Source of the DNA: a bacterium | Lineage (GTDB): Bacteria > Electryoneota > Electryoneia > Electryoneales > Electryoneaceae | Assembly: GCA_043801585.1 (NCBI GenBank) | Contig: JAZDLX010000115.1 | Location: 66,785 to 130,784 of the forward strand | Length of the DNA: 64,000 nt | Direction: 5' to 3' | Shown here: positions 1 through 9,604 of the stretch, one piece after another | Position numbering within the stretch: position 1 is the first letter of the stretch | Layout: the number at the start of each line of letters is the position of its first letter | Notes under the pieces: generated by a model | Databases searched by the model: none | What the model was told of the DNA's origin: nothing | Seen by the model: the letters and a program-made list of their open reading frames with translations, nothing else | Program-made: the position numbers and the translations under genes

Positions 1-269
1 GTGATTCCGGCGCCATCGAGCAGGATGCGGACGTTGTCATGTTCGTCTATCGGCAGGCATACTACGACCGCCTTGAGAAGAACCCCGATGAACTCGACAG
101 CATGCCGGTGGACAACACCGCCGAGGTGATCGTAGCGAAACAGCGCAACGGTCCGACGGGGACCGTGAAAATGGTCTTCCGTCCTGAATTCACTGAATTC
201 GCCAACCTTGACTTGAGAGATCATGGCGACGAAGTACCGGAAGACGTAGGCACCGAGGTTCCATTCTAA
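1..269 (+). CDS. dnaB: Replicative DNA helicase DnaB, C-terminal fragment (starts before window)
   Basis: Frame from nt 3 reads DSGAIEQDADVVMFVYR...AEVIVAKQRNGPTG, the conserved DnaB C-terminal motifs. Confidence 0.95.
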   Translation, partial: DSGAIEQDADVVMFVYRQAYYDRLEKNPDELDSMPVDNTAEVIVAKQRNGPTGTVKMVFRPEFTEFANLDLRDHGDEVPEDVGTEVPF

Positions 270-270
270 G

Positions 271-2511
271 ATGACAACAGCGGAAGTCAAGACAACGGAA
301 GACGAACGTTTCGCCACCGACGAGCAGCTTCCTGAGGGCATTCTGTCGCGTTGGCAGGAGGTCGTCTCCACACTGCATCTTCCCAAGGACGATCCCTTCC
401 GGGAGCAACTGGATCGTGCCTTCCGCTTCGCTGCGACCGCCCATGCAGGTCAGACCCGGCTGACGGGCGAACCCTATGTGACTCACCCCATTGAAGTCGC
501 GGCGATCCTCGCCGATCTCAATGTCGATCATGTCACCCTCATTGGCGCGCTGCTCCACGATGTTATCGAAGACACCGGTGTTGAAGTGGATGATGTCGCC
601 AGGATCTTCGGGCCGGTGGTCGGACTGCTCGTGGAAGGGATGACGAAACTCTCCGCCCTTCGCTACGAGAGCACATCCAACGAAGACCGTCAGGCGGAAT
701 ACTTCCGCAAGATGCTGCTCTCGATGGCGCAGGACATGCGTGTGATCCTGATCAAACTCGCCGACCGCCTGCACAACATGCGTACCCTCGACGCGATGCC
801 GCCGAAAAGCCGTAAACGGATCGCGGAGGAGACCCTCGAGATCTATGCCCCCCTCGCACACCGATTTGGTGTCGGCAGAATCAAATGGGAGCTCGAAGAC
901 CTCGCGTTGAAGGTTGTGGATGAATCGGCCTATCGAAAGATCGCTGAACGCGTCAACATGCGCCGAGACGAGCGTGAACGTGCGATCAATCAGTTCATCG
1001 ATCCACTGAACAAGAGGCTGACCCAGGAAGGGATCAAACCCGATATTGAAGGCCGGGCAAAGCATTTCTACAGCATTTATAACAAGATCAAACGCCGTGG
1101 AAAAAGCTTCGACGAGATCCTCGATCTGCTGGCGGTGCGTATCATAGTTGACTCGATCAGCGATTGCTACCGCACGCTCGGCGTCGTCCACAGCATTTAC
1201 AAGCCAATTCTCGAGCGGTTCAGCGATTACGTCGCAATGCCTAAGGCGAACATGTACCAGTCGCTGCACACCAAGGTGATTGACGCCGAGGGGCGTGTGG
1301 TGGAGGTGCAGATACGCACCCATGAAATGGACCTCGTCGCCGAAGTCGGCATCGCCGCACACTGGCAGTACAAGGAGGGTGGGGAAGGGGCAACGAACAA
1401 GGAAGCCCTCTCGGATTACTACCTCTGGTTGCGCCAGTTGATTGAAGGATCGAAAGAGGAATCCTCGAGCGAAGAGTTCATGCGCACGCTCAAAGTGAAT
1501 CTGTTTACAGACGAGGTCTTCGTTTTCACTCCGAAGGGCAAGCTGATTCAGCTTCCTCAGGGGAGCACTTCCATTGATTTTGCCTTCGCCGTACACACCG
1601 ACGTCGGGCTGACCACTCTTGGTACGAAGGTCAACGGCAAGATGGCCCCGCTCGAGTACCAACTCGTCAACGGTGACACTGTCGAAATTCTTAGAAGCAA
1701 TACCGCGAAACCGCGTGTCGAGTGGCTTCGCATCGCGAACACTCATCGTGCACGAAGCAAGATCAAGCGGTATTTCCGGCAGGCACATTTTGATGAATCA
1801 GTGCGACTCGGCGAAGAAATGCTCAAGCGCGAACTGACACGTCACCGGAAGAAAATGAATCAGCAGGAATTAGGGGAGCTTGCCGATCGTCTCGGGCATG
1901 AATCTCTCGAAAGCCTGTTCGCCGCGGTGGGTGCGGGTGATCTTTCGACGAGAGCGGTTCTCTCCAAGATCGAGGGCCTCGAGAAGTCCGAACAGGTAGT
2001 GGAGGAAAAAAAGATCCGTTTCTTCGCCGGGACACGCAAAGAGTCGATGGGGGTGCGTGTCAAAGGTGCGGATAATTTGATGATAAGTTTTGGGAATTGC
2101 TGCAACCCTCTCCCGGGAGACAGGATCATCGGGTACATCAGCAAGGGTAGAGGCATCCTCGTTCACCGGACTGATTGTTCCAATATTGCAGACCTTACGA
2201 AGGACAAAGAGCGCCTTGTCGAGGTGGATTGGGACGTCAGTCCACAGGATCGATTCAACGCCAGATTGCGGATTGTGACGGAAGATCGGCCAAGCTTATT
2301 ACGTGATATTGCAGAAGTTATAAGTAAGATGGACGTAGGCGTTCTCGAATTGAACCTGCGCACTGAGGGATCGATCGGGGTCGGTACGGTGGTCATCAAC
2401 GTTCGCTCCCTCTCGCATCTCACCCGTCTCCGCAACAAGATCGGAAAGATAAAAGGAGTTGTGCAGGTTGAACGTGTTGGAGTTGCTGACGTCGCAGAGC
2501 GTGTGTTATAA
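271..2511 (+). CDS. rel: Bifunctional (p)ppGpp synthetase/hydrolase (long RSH)
   Basis: 746 aa; HD hydrolase (HAGQTR..GEPYVTHP, LLHDVIEDT, KLADRLHNMRTL), synthetase (GRAKHFYSIYNK, YQSLHT, EVQIRT), TGS (VFTPKG, DFAFAVHT), CCNPLPGD zinc finger, C-terminal ACT. Confidence 0.96.
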   Translation: MTTAEVKTTEDERFATDEQLPEGILSRWQEVVSTLHLPKDDPFREQLDRAFRFAATAHAGQTRLTGEPYVTHPIEVAAILADLNVDHVTLIGALLHDVIEDTGVEVDDVARIFGPVVGLLVEGMTKLSALRYESTSNEDRQAEYFRKMLLSMAQDMRVILIKLADRLHNMRTLDAMPPKSRKRIAEETLEIYAPLAHRFGVGRIKWELEDLALKVVDESAYRKIAERVNMRRDERERAINQFIDPLNKRLTQEGIKPDIEGRAKHFYSIYNKIKRRGKSFDEILDLLAVRIIVDSISDCYRTLGVVHSIYKPILERFSDYVAMPKANMYQSLHTKVIDAEGRVVEVQIRTHEMDLVAEVGIAAHWQYKEGGEGATNKEALSDYYLWLRQLIEGSKEESSSEEFMRTLKVNLFTDEVFVFTPKGKLIQLPQGSTSIDFAFAVHTDVGLTTLGTKVNGKMAPLEYQLVNGDTVEILRSNTAKPRVEWLRIANTHRARSKIKRYFRQAHFDESVRLGEEMLKRELTRHRKKMNQQELGELADRLGHESLESLFAAVGAGDLSTRAVLSKIEGLEKSEQVVEEKKIRFFAGTRKESMGVRVKGADNLMISFGNCCNPLPGDRIIGYISKGRGILVHRTDCSNIADLTKDKERLVEVDWDVSPQDRFNARLRIVTEDRPSLLRDIAEVISKMDVGVLELNLRTEGSIGVGTVVINVRSLSHLTRLRNKIGKIKGVVQVERVGVADVAERVL

Positions 2512-2512
2512 T
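2483..2512 (+). promoter_or_regulatory. Putative sigma70 promoter (extended -10) for the HU gene
   Basis: TG-T-TATAAT at 2504-2512 overlapping the rel stop codon; TTGCTG at 2483-2488 (18-bp spacer). Confidence 0.55.
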
Positions 2513-2589
2513 TAAAACGTTGACGATCTGAGATTTAGGTCGTCCGAAAGCGCACCGGACATCGCCCGACCGACCTGGGAGGAAACTCG

Positions 2590-2976
2590 ATGAAAACCTA
2601 CATCAAAAAAGATGTGGTTGAACGCGTTATCGAGAAGACCGGCGAAAAGCCGGAAATTGTAGCCCGTGTTACAAACGAAATCTTCAACAGCCTTCGTGAG
2701 ATCATGACGGGAAAAGACATCGAGCTTCGTATTGAAATCCGTGATTTTGGTGTCTTTGAGGTCAAGAAGACAAAGCCTAAACCCAAGGCGCGTAACCCCA
2801 AGACCAATGACATCATCTACGTTCCTGCTCGCCGCAAGACCCATTTCAAACCCGGCAAGTTGTTGAAGCAGGCGTTGAAGGTGCCGATTTCGGAACTCGA
2901 GAAGCCGCAGCAACCAGAAATGCATCAGCCCGATTTCGGAACGCCTCCTTCACCACCACCGATGCAAGGTTACTGA
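2590..2976 (+). CDS. HU/IHF-family nucleoid DNA-binding protein with Pro/Gln-rich C-terminal tail
   Basis: IEIRDFGVFEVK...ARNPKT..IYVPARRKTHFKPGKLLK histone-like motif; SD GGAGG upstream. Confidence 0.92.
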   Translation: MKTYIKKDVVERVIEKTGEKPEIVARVTNEIFNSLREIMTGKDIELRIEIRDFGVFEVKKTKPKPKARNPKTNDIIYVPARRKTHFKPGKLLKQALKVPISELEKPQQPEMHQPDFGTPPSPPPMQGY

Positions 2977-3001
2977 CGGTCTTGAGGAGTACCATCGCTC
3001 G

Positions 3002-3424
3002 ATGACGCGAATCCTCGCCCTCGATTGGGGAACGGTTCGTGTTGGTGCGGCGCTCTCCGATTATCTCGGAAAGTTTGCATCACCCTACGAAACGTTTCCG
3101 GCGAAACCCCAGATTGAGTTGTTCCGGCGCGTTCGGGAAACCGTCGAGAAGGAAGAGGTCGAGCGCATTATCATCGGGCTGCCCCTGAACATGGATGGAA
3201 GTGAGGGGGTGAGCGCAGGCAATGCAAGGAGGTTCGCGGAACTCATCCGGGGTGAGGTGGGGATTCCCGTTGAAATGGTGGATGAGCGGCTCTCGAGTTT
3301 TGAAGCGGAACACCGTCTTCGTGAGATCGGGCGAAAGCCCAGTCGAGACAAAGGGCGGGTGGATCGTGCTGCAGCAGCGTTGCTGTTGCAGGAGTACCTG
3401 GATCGACACGCCAACGGATCCTGA
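3002..3424 (+). CDS. yqgF: Pre-16S rRNA nuclease / Holliday junction resolvase-like YqgF (RuvX)
   Basis: RILALDWGTVRVGAALSD, IIIGLPLNMDGSEG, VDERLSS, VDRAAAALLLQEYLD. Confidence 0.95.
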   Translation: MTRILALDWGTVRVGAALSDYLGKFASPYETFPAKPQIELFRRVRETVEKEEVERIIIGLPLNMDGSEGVSAGNARRFAELIRGEVGIPVEMVDERLSSFEAEHRLREIGRKPSRDKGRVDRAAAALLLQEYLDRHANGS

Positions 3425-3445
3425 GATTCGGGTGGCGTTTTTCTT
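3408..3445 (+). terminator. Putative intrinsic terminator overlapping the yqgF stop
   Basis: ACGCCA-A-CGGATC-ctga-GATTCG-GG-TGGCGT hairpin followed by TTTTCTT. Confidence 0.6.
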
Positions 3446-3462
3446 ATGCGGAACTCTGAACG

Positions 3463-4509
3463 ATGAGTGACACGGCACCCCGAAACATCGAAGTAGTTCC
3501 ATCCGACCGTCCCGTGCGCGTAGCTGTGTTTGGACTGGGGCACGCCGCACAACTGATCCACCTCCCGATTCTCTCGGAGATGGATTCTGTCGAGCTTGTC
3601 GGCCTTGCCGACATCGAGGAATACAAACTGGCTAAAGTATCCGACCGTTACAACGTCCCGGGCTTTGTCGACAGCGAAATTCTTCTTCGGCAGACAAAAC
3701 CGGACGTTGTCTATGTATGCGCACCCACGATCAACCATCTGCCGCTGGCGTTGACAGCCCTTCAGGCCGGTTCGCATGTCATCGTCGAGAAACCGGTTGC
3801 GAGAACACTTGATGAAGCCAAACGGTTGCAGGAAGCAGCTCACTCGGCTGGCAGGCATGTTTTTATCGCGATGAACCAGCGTTTCCGCCAGGATGTCGAA
3901 GTCCTCCGCAACTTTCTCGTTTCCGGTGAACTCGGGGACATCTGGAGAGTCCGCACCGGATGGCTGAAACGGTTTGGCGCGTGGGACAGAAGTTCGTGGC
4001 TGGATAAAAAGAACATCAGTGGTGGCGGCGTCATGCTCGATCTGGGCATCCAGCTTCTCGACGTGGTTCTCTATCTGCTCGATTATCCGACCTCCACACG
4101 AACCGTCGCCTACATGCATTACCAGAACCTGGGGAAGGAGGTCGAGGATACCCTGACAGCCTCCCTGACCTTCGACAACGGCACCCTCGTTCACCTCGAT
4201 TGTTCCTGGGGCATCATGGCCGAACGGAACACCGCGTACACGTCATTTGAGGGCACGAAGGGTTCCGCCACGCTGAACCCCCTGGTGCTCCACAAGGTGC
4301 TTCAGAACGAACTGGTTACTGTGACTCCAGTCAAATCAGCCGATCCCTTCGATCTCTATCAGGCATCATTCGAATCCCAGGCGCACTATTTTATGGCGGC
4401 ATTGAAAGGAGAACGCCCGCCCATATCGACCGCTGACGAGGCGGTCAAGGTGATGGAAGTTGTGGATCGGATTTATGCCAGCGCTTCCACAGGAAAAGAG
4501 ATCGTCTGA
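3463..4509 (+). CDS. Gfo/Idh/MocA-family NAD(P)-dependent oxidoreductase
   Basis: VRVAVFGLGHAA Rossmann start, HVIVEKPVA, NQRF, SGGGVMLDLGIQLLD. Confidence 0.93.
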   Translation: MSDTAPRNIEVVPSDRPVRVAVFGLGHAAQLIHLPILSEMDSVELVGLADIEEYKLAKVSDRYNVPGFVDSEILLRQTKPDVVYVCAPTINHLPLALTALQAGSHVIVEKPVARTLDEAKRLQEAAHSAGRHVFIAMNQRFRQDVEVLRNFLVSGELGDIWRVRTGWLKRFGAWDRSSWLDKKNISGGGVMLDLGIQLLDVVLYLLDYPTSTRTVAYMHYQNLGKEVEDTLTASLTFDNGTLVHLDCSWGIMAERNTAYTSFEGTKGSATLNPLVLHKVLQNELVTVTPVKSADPFDLYQASFESQAHYFMAALKGERPPISTADEAVKVMEVVDRIYASASTGKEIV

Positions 4510-4510
4510 A

Positions 4511-6043
4511 ATGACAACCCGCAAATCCCGCCTCCTTTGGGTGATGTTTTCGGGTGCACTGCTGGCCCTGGCGATGCCACCTCTGCCGCTTGGTTTTCTT
4601 GCGTGGTTTTCACTGATCCCATTGCTGCTCGTCCTTGAATCGAGCGAGAGTTGGGGGGAGGCGTACTTTGCCGGTCTCCTTTTTGGGGCGGTCTTCTTCA
4701 CCGGCACCATCCACTGGATCGCATGGAACACCGGCACCGACCTGGTTTTCCGGATTGCTTCGATGCTCGGTACGGTGCTCCTGCTCTCGAGCACGTTCGG
4801 ATTGTTCACCCTGCTCCATCGTCGTCTCTACGTTTCCTTCGGGAGACCCGCCCATTTTCTCTTTCCCATCGTATGGGTCGCCTGGGAAGCCTTGTGGCAC
4901 CACACGGAGTTTGCATTTCCCTGGCCGCTTCTCGCTTTGACCCAGGCGAAGTACCTGACCGTGCTCCAGCTTGCATCGGTCGGGGGAACGGCGACGGTGA
5001 GCCTGTGGGTGGCCTCCGTGAACGGTGTCCTCGCCGCTGGACGTTCCAGAAAACTGACTGGCTTAGTGGTTTTTATCATGATTCTCTCGGTGTGGATCGG
5101 CGGCAATTTCCGCCTGATTCGGTTGGATACGATTGCGTCACAGAAGAAAATCGGCCGAATCGCTCTTGTCCAGGGCAATGTTGAGGCTGCCCTGAAATGG
5201 GAACTGGGGCCCGAATACAGTCTCAACGCCTATCTGACTCAGACACGTGATATCGCGCGCCAGCATGTGGACCTGATCGTCTGGCCGGAAACGGCGATGC
5301 CCGTCTACGTGCAGCAGTCCGTCCAGTGGAGACGATATTTTCAGGCCCTGGTGGACAGCCTCGGCGTGCCGTTGATCACTGGCGGGCGCTATACCGAATT
5401 CACCACGAAAGGACGCCAGCCGTACAATCCCGCGTTCCTCATCCGCCCTGGTGGAATGGGAGTCATGGAACGCTATGAAAAAGTGAACCTCGTGCCCTTC
5501 GGTGAACGGGTTCCTCTCCAGAAGCTGATTCCTGCTCTTGGCAACCTGAACCTCGGGCAGGCGGAATTCACACCAGGGAAAGATGCATCCGTATGGACGT
5601 TGAATGGATCGCTCGGACCGTTCAAGGTGGCGCCGAACATCTGTTTCGAGTCCATCTTTCCCAGGCATCTCGTGAAATCCGTCCAGCTCGGCGCGGAAGT
5701 CCAGTTGAATCTTACGAATGACGGCTGGTACATCGGCACTGCCGGAACACGGCAGCACCTGATGCTTAGCCGGATCAGCGCCGTGGAAACCGGACGCGCC
5801 GTCGTGCGTGCTACTAACACCGGGATTTCCGCAATCATCTCGCCGTCCGGCCGGTTTCTCATGCTCATGCCGGAGGGAGTCCGGGGCGCGGTTGCGGACG
5901 ATATTCCCGCTCCAGTCAACACACCTTTCAACATCTGGGGGTGGAAGATCGGCGACGCGATACTGATCCTGTCGCTGTTACTGGGAGCCTTGGCGGTTGC
6001 GGTGGGGTGGAAACGGCGTGTGCGGGGAGAAACTTCTCCATGA
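4511..6043 (+). CDS. lnt: Apolipoprotein N-acyltransferase
   Basis: Multi-TM N-terminus; ALVQGN, VWPETA, KVNLVPFGE, NICFESIFP, TNDGWY, RATNTGIS; ATG at 4511 just after the upstream stop. Confidence 0.95.
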   Translation: MTTRKSRLLWVMFSGALLALAMPPLPLGFLAWFSLIPLLLVLESSESWGEAYFAGLLFGAVFFTGTIHWIAWNTGTDLVFRIASMLGTVLLLSSTFGLFTLLHRRLYVSFGRPAHFLFPIVWVAWEALWHHTEFAFPWPLLALTQAKYLTVLQLASVGGTATVSLWVASVNGVLAAGRSRKLTGLVVFIMILSVWIGGNFRLIRLDTIASQKKIGRIALVQGNVEAALKWELGPEYSLNAYLTQTRDIARQHVDLIVWPETAMPVYVQQSVQWRRYFQALVDSLGVPLITGGRYTEFTTKGRQPYNPAFLIRPGGMGVMERYEKVNLVPFGERVPLQKLIPALGNLNLGQAEFTPGKDASVWTLNGSLGPFKVAPNICFESIFPRHLVKSVQLGAEVQLNLTNDGWYIGTAGTRQHLMLSRISAVETGRAVVRATNTGISAIISPSGRFLMLMPEGVRGAVADDIPAPVNTPFNIWGWKIGDAILILSLLLGALAVAVGWKRRVRGETSP

Positions 6044-6321
6044 AACAGGTTCTTCTTCTGATGGTTCTTCTGGGGATTGCCGTTCCCGCTGTTGTTGCGG
6101 CTCAACCTGCCGTTCAGGCACTGGATTCGTTGAGCATAACCATTCCGGACAGCGGTGGAGTTGTCGTGGATTCCACCGTTTCTCAGCCCGTTTCCCAGGG
6201 GGGAGACGACGTTGAAACGACGCGTCAGGATGAGGGATTTTTGCGCTATCTTGTCCCGGTTCTGATTACGGTTGCGACGGGTGTCGCGACCTATCTTCTC
6301 TTCACAGTACGGAGTTCCTGA
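6040..6321 (+). CDS. Small hypothetical exported/membrane protein (93 aa)
   Basis: ATG overlaps the lnt stop (ATGA) and its stop overlaps the bamD start; signal peptide MKQVLLLMVLLGIAVPAVVAA; C-terminal TM ending YLLFTVRSS. Confidence 0.7.
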   Translation: MKQVLLLMVLLGIAVPAVVAAQPAVQALDSLSITIPDSGGVVVDSTVSQPVSQGGDDVETTRQDEGFLRYLVPVLITVATGVATYLLFTVRSS

Positions 6322-7124
6322 TGCAACGAAGGGTTCGATTTCTTTCAACCGTAATCGTTCTGGTATCCTTCGTAGCGCTGTTGGTCGCCGGTTGCGGCGG
6401 TGCGAGACGATACGAAGATCTGCCGATGGATGCGTCCTGGGCAAAGATCAAAAACTTCTACGACCGCGGAAAATATCTCGAAGCGATTGACCGGCTTGAA
6501 GTTTTTCTGATTAATTACTCAGGTTCGGCTCTCGCTGATTCCGCGCAGTATCTCCTTGCGGAAAGCCATTTTAACATCAAGGAGTATATCATTTCCGCAA
6601 GTGAGTACGATAAACTGACCCAGCAATATCCACAAAGCCCACTCGCCGCCGACGCTGAATACAAGCACGGTGTCAGCTACATGCGGCTTGCGCCGAAGTA
6701 CTCTCTCGAGCAGATCTACGCCGAGAAGGCCATTGAGACCCTTCAGCTCTTCATTGAGGATTATCCGGATTCACCTCTGGTCAAGGATGCGGAAGCGCAA
6801 ATTACTGAAGCACGGAAGAAACTCGCTCACAAGCAATATGCAAATGGCCAATTGTACTACAGGATGGGAGAGTATCCGTCGGCGAGGATTTATTACGACC
6901 TTGTCATCGAGAACTATTACGACACCAGGTACGCCGAAGATGCACAGTATTACAAAGCGGTTTCGTTCGAAAAGAGCAAGGACTGGCAGAATGCGATACG
7001 CGAGTATCAGCTTTTCCTGCAGAAATTTCCAGAAAGCGAATTGGGAACAAATGCATTGGAAGGGTTGAATCGCGCACGCAACTACCAGATGGAAGAGGAA
7101 AAAACGGCGCGGGAGCGTGGGTGA
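6321..7124 (+). CDS. bamD: Outer membrane protein assembly lipoprotein BamD
   Basis: Lipobox LVAGC; TPR repeats with YSGS..ADSAQYLLA, YPQSP, YPDSP, A..Y...G.Y.SA.IYY. Confidence 0.9.
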   Translation: MQRRVRFLSTVIVLVSFVALLVAGCGGARRYEDLPMDASWAKIKNFYDRGKYLEAIDRLEVFLINYSGSALADSAQYLLAESHFNIKEYIISASEYDKLTQQYPQSPLAADAEYKHGVSYMRLAPKYSLEQIYAEKAIETLQLFIEDYPDSPLVKDAEAQITEARKKLAHKQYANGQLYYRMGEYPSARIYYDLVIENYYDTRYAEDAQYYKAVSFEKSKDWQNAIREYQLFLQKFPESELGTNALEGLNRARNYQMEEEKTARERG

Positions 7125-7741
7125 ATCCTGATCCCGAGGACACTCGAAGTGGTTCCGCACATAGGGTCGGCCTTTTCGGGGGCACCTTTGACCCTCCGAC
7201 CATCGCCCACCTGGTAGCAGCGGACTGGGTGCGCCAGGCATATCCTCTGGACTGCATCTGGTTCGTTCCGGCAAATCAGAATCCTCTGAAAAACCATCGC
7301 GCAACAACCCCTCCGGAAGTTCGGCTCGAGATGATTTCCACCGCCATTTCCGGAATCACAGCGTTCCGGTTGGAAACCGTCGAGATCGAACGCGGCGGCA
7401 CCAGCTATACGATTGAAACGCTCCAGCAGCTCCAGAACCATCATCCCGAAATAGCTTTTCACCTGATTCTCGGCCAAGACGGGTTCCTCCAAATGAAGGA
7501 TTGGAAAGAAGTTGAGGCAATTTTCAAACGCGTTCCGGTGATTGTCATGACTCGTCCGGAGGTCGACACATCCAGCGTCCCCAAGCGAATCGTCGACCAG
7601 GTTAACATGTTGGAAATTCCTGATATGGCAATCTCATCCACCCTTGTCCGGGAACTGGTTGGAAAAGGGTGGGATATCCGCACTCTGGTACCGGCTGGCG
7701 TTGCGGATCTGATCGCTCGCCACGGTCTCTATCGTTCCTGA
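7121..7741 (+). CDS. nadD: Nicotinate-nucleotide adenylyltransferase
   Basis: GLFGGTFDPPTIAH, NPLK, EIERGGTSYTIETL, ILGQD, ISSTLVR. Confidence 0.94.
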   Translation: MNPDPEDTRSGSAHRVGLFGGTFDPPTIAHLVAADWVRQAYPLDCIWFVPANQNPLKNHRATTPPEVRLEMISTAISGITAFRLETVEIERGGTSYTIETLQQLQNHHPEIAFHLILGQDGFLQMKDWKEVEAIFKRVPVIVMTRPEVDTSSVPKRIVDQVNMLEIPDMAISSTLVRELVGKGWDIRTLVPAGVADLIARHGLYRS

Positions 7742-7759
7742 AGTTTCCCCCACCGCTCC

Positions 7760-7797
7760 GGGCAATTCCCTCCGCCAAGGCAGGGCAGTCTCTGCCG
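7760..7797. promoter_or_regulatory. Tandem palindromic putative enhancer (bEBP) sites upstream of flgB
   Basis: GGGCAATTCCCTCCG (7760-7774) and GGGCAGTCTCTGCCG (7783-7797); related motifs recur upstream of the other sigma54 promoters. Confidence 0.55.
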
Positions 7798-7871
7798 ATA
7801 GGGGCCACGCAGGCACTCAGAATGTCCCATTTACATCCTGCATTAACAAAGACTAATAGCGCATTGATCCT

Positions 7872-7887
7872 TGGCACGCTGGTTGCT
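7872..7887 (+). promoter_or_regulatory. sigma54 (-24/-12) promoter of the flgB operon
   Basis: TGGCACGCTGGTTGCT is a perfect match to TGGCACG-N4-TTGCW. Confidence 0.9.
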
Positions 7888-7921
7888 TTTCATCCGGCGA
7901 CCACTCTCGCAGGAGAATGCC

Positions 7922-8332
7922 ATGTTGCGGCAGATTCTGTACAACAACACCAACATGCCCCTGTACCGCAACGCGTTGGACGCATACACGGCACGTCAGC
8001 GCGCGATAGCATCAAATATCGCAAACGCTGAGACACCGCAGTACAAGGCGAAACGGGTGTCGTTTGAGAAGCGTTTAAGCCAGGCGATGGGGCGTCCGGA
8101 CGAACTCCTGAATGCGACGAGCGAGAATCACATGCCGTTGAAGTCGGATCCGAGCCAAGTCCGGTCAATGGTTGTCCAGGACGAACCAGCTAAATCATCG
8201 AGCGGAGTCAATGAAGTGGACATGGAACGCGAGATGACGAACCTGGCAACGACACAGCTGCAATTCGAGATGACGGCAAAGAGCGCGAAATGGCTTTTCG
8301 ACAGGATCAGAGATCTGGCCAAGTTGCCGTAA
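7922..8332 (+). CDS. flgB: Flagellar basal-body rod protein FlgB
   Basis: RQRAIASNIANAETPQYK, NEVDMEREM; ATG 7922 with SD AGGAG. Confidence 0.95.
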   Translation: MLRQILYNNTNMPLYRNALDAYTARQRAIASNIANAETPQYKAKRVSFEKRLSQAMGRPDELLNATSENHMPLKSDPSQVRSMVVQDEPAKSSSGVNEVDMEREMTNLATTQLQFEMTAKSAKWLFDRIRDLAKLP

Positions 8333-8342
8333 GGAGGTCGCG

Positions 8343-8843
8343 ATGAAGATCCGCGGGATATTCTCAGCCATCGATATCAGCGCCACTGGGCTCTCGGCCC
8401 AGCGCCAGCGGATGGATGCAATCGCCGAGAACATTGCAAACGTCAACACGACGCGTACACCCGATGGCGGTCCCTTCAGGCGCCGTATTTCAGTTTTCAC
8501 AGAACAGCAGGCCGATGCGACGACACTCCATTTGCAGAAAGATCCTCCCACACGCATGACCCTCGAAAGTTCCGCCAAGGGACACATGAAACCGTTTGAA
8601 ACCTACATGAAACAGAACCAGTATTCGGGTGTCGCGCGCAAGGAAATCAGGGACAACACAACTCCAGAATACTACTATGATCCGCAGCATCCGGACGCGA
8701 ACGAGTTCGGATATGTGGCAAAACCGAAGATCAACATCATCACCGAAATGGTGGATATGATCGCCGCAACACGGAACTATGAGGCGAATGTTTCGGCAAT
8801 CGAAGCGGCAAAGCAGATAGCCAAGAAAGCCATGGAGATCTGA
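8343..8843 (+). CDS. flgC: Flagellar basal-body rod protein FlgC
   Basis: ISATGLSAQRQRMDAIAENIANVNTTRTPDGGPFRRR; YDPQHPDA..GYV; EMVDMIAATRNYEAN. Confidence 0.97.
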   Translation: MKIRGIFSAIDISATGLSAQRQRMDAIAENIANVNTTRTPDGGPFRRRISVFTEQQADATTLHLQKDPPTRMTLESSAKGHMKPFETYMKQNQYSGVARKEIRDNTTPEYYYDPQHPDANEFGYVAKPKINIITEMVDMIAATRNYEANVSAIEAAKQIAKKAMEI

Positions 8844-8862
8844 ACCTTGACCGAGGCGACAC

Positions 8863-9252
8863 GTGCAGATTGATCCAAAACTGGAACGGCTGACAGCACT
8901 GATCGAACAGAAACGGGCGCAACAACATTTGGATTCAACGCCTACGGCTGTTGGTCGCTCGGGCAATCCACGTTTCGCCGATGCCTCACGCCGGGTGCAG
9001 CTCGCCCGCGAGGGGCGTTGGACTCCCAACCAAGCACAACATATTCAACAAGATAAAAAGACTGACTTAGCGCGTTTAGCGTCTCTGAGATCGGCAACTC
9101 ACATGCAGGCTCTCTCCTCGTCTCGAGCGGCACAGGAGAGTGATCTGTTGACGACGGTCCAGAGCGCGGGACACCTTTACACAGAAGGTACTCCCCGGCC
9201 ACTTTCGGCCAGTGCGCCGCACCTCGGACGCAACTTCGATACCTACGCCTGA
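8863..9252 (+). CDS. Hypothetical protein between flgC and fliE
   Basis: GTG start with GAGG SD; fills the gap in the operon; ends PHLGRNFDTYA. Confidence 0.7.
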   Translation: MQIDPKLERLTALIEQKRAQQHLDSTPTAVGRSGNPRFADASRRVQLAREGRWTPNQAQHIQQDKKTDLARLASLRSATHMQALSSSRAAQESDLLTTVQSAGHLYTEGTPRPLSASAPHLGRNFDTYA

Positions 9253-9292
9253 CGATTGGGACCGTTCAGACGGAACCCGTGAGGGAGGAGTA

Positions 9293-9601
9293 ATGGCGGA
9301 TATATCGAGAGTAGGACTCAGGCCCGGACAGTTCCCTGGCGAACTGCCACAGCGCCCTGATCAAACAAAAAAGAGTGAGGGTCCATCTTTCGGCGATACG
9401 CTGAAAGGGCTCATCGGCGATGTTGACAAGATGCAGAAATCCGCCGAGGAGACGACTAAACGGATGCTCACCGGCGAGATTGAGGATGTCCACCAGGTGA
9501 TGATTGCGATGGAAGAAGCGCAGACATCATTTCAGTTGATGATGGAAATCCGTAACAAGATCGTCGACGCGTACAAGGAAGTTATGCGGATGCAGGTGTA
9601 A
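9293..9601 (+). CDS. fliE: Flagellar hook-basal body protein FliE
   Basis: SFGDTLKGLI, DVHQVMIAMEEAQTSFQLMMEIRNKIVDAYKEVMRMQV; ATG 9293 after GGAGGAG. Confidence 0.97.
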   Translation: MADISRVGLRPGQFPGELPQRPDQTKKSEGPSFGDTLKGLIGDVDKMQKSAEETTKRMLTGEIEDVHQVMIAMEEAQTSFQLMMEIRNKIVDAYKEVMRMQV

Positions 9602-9604
9602 GCC

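Noticed and set aside
190..1788. 532-aa minus-strand ORF
   Set aside because: Antisense shadow of rel with no recognisable motifs; typical of GC-biased codon usage
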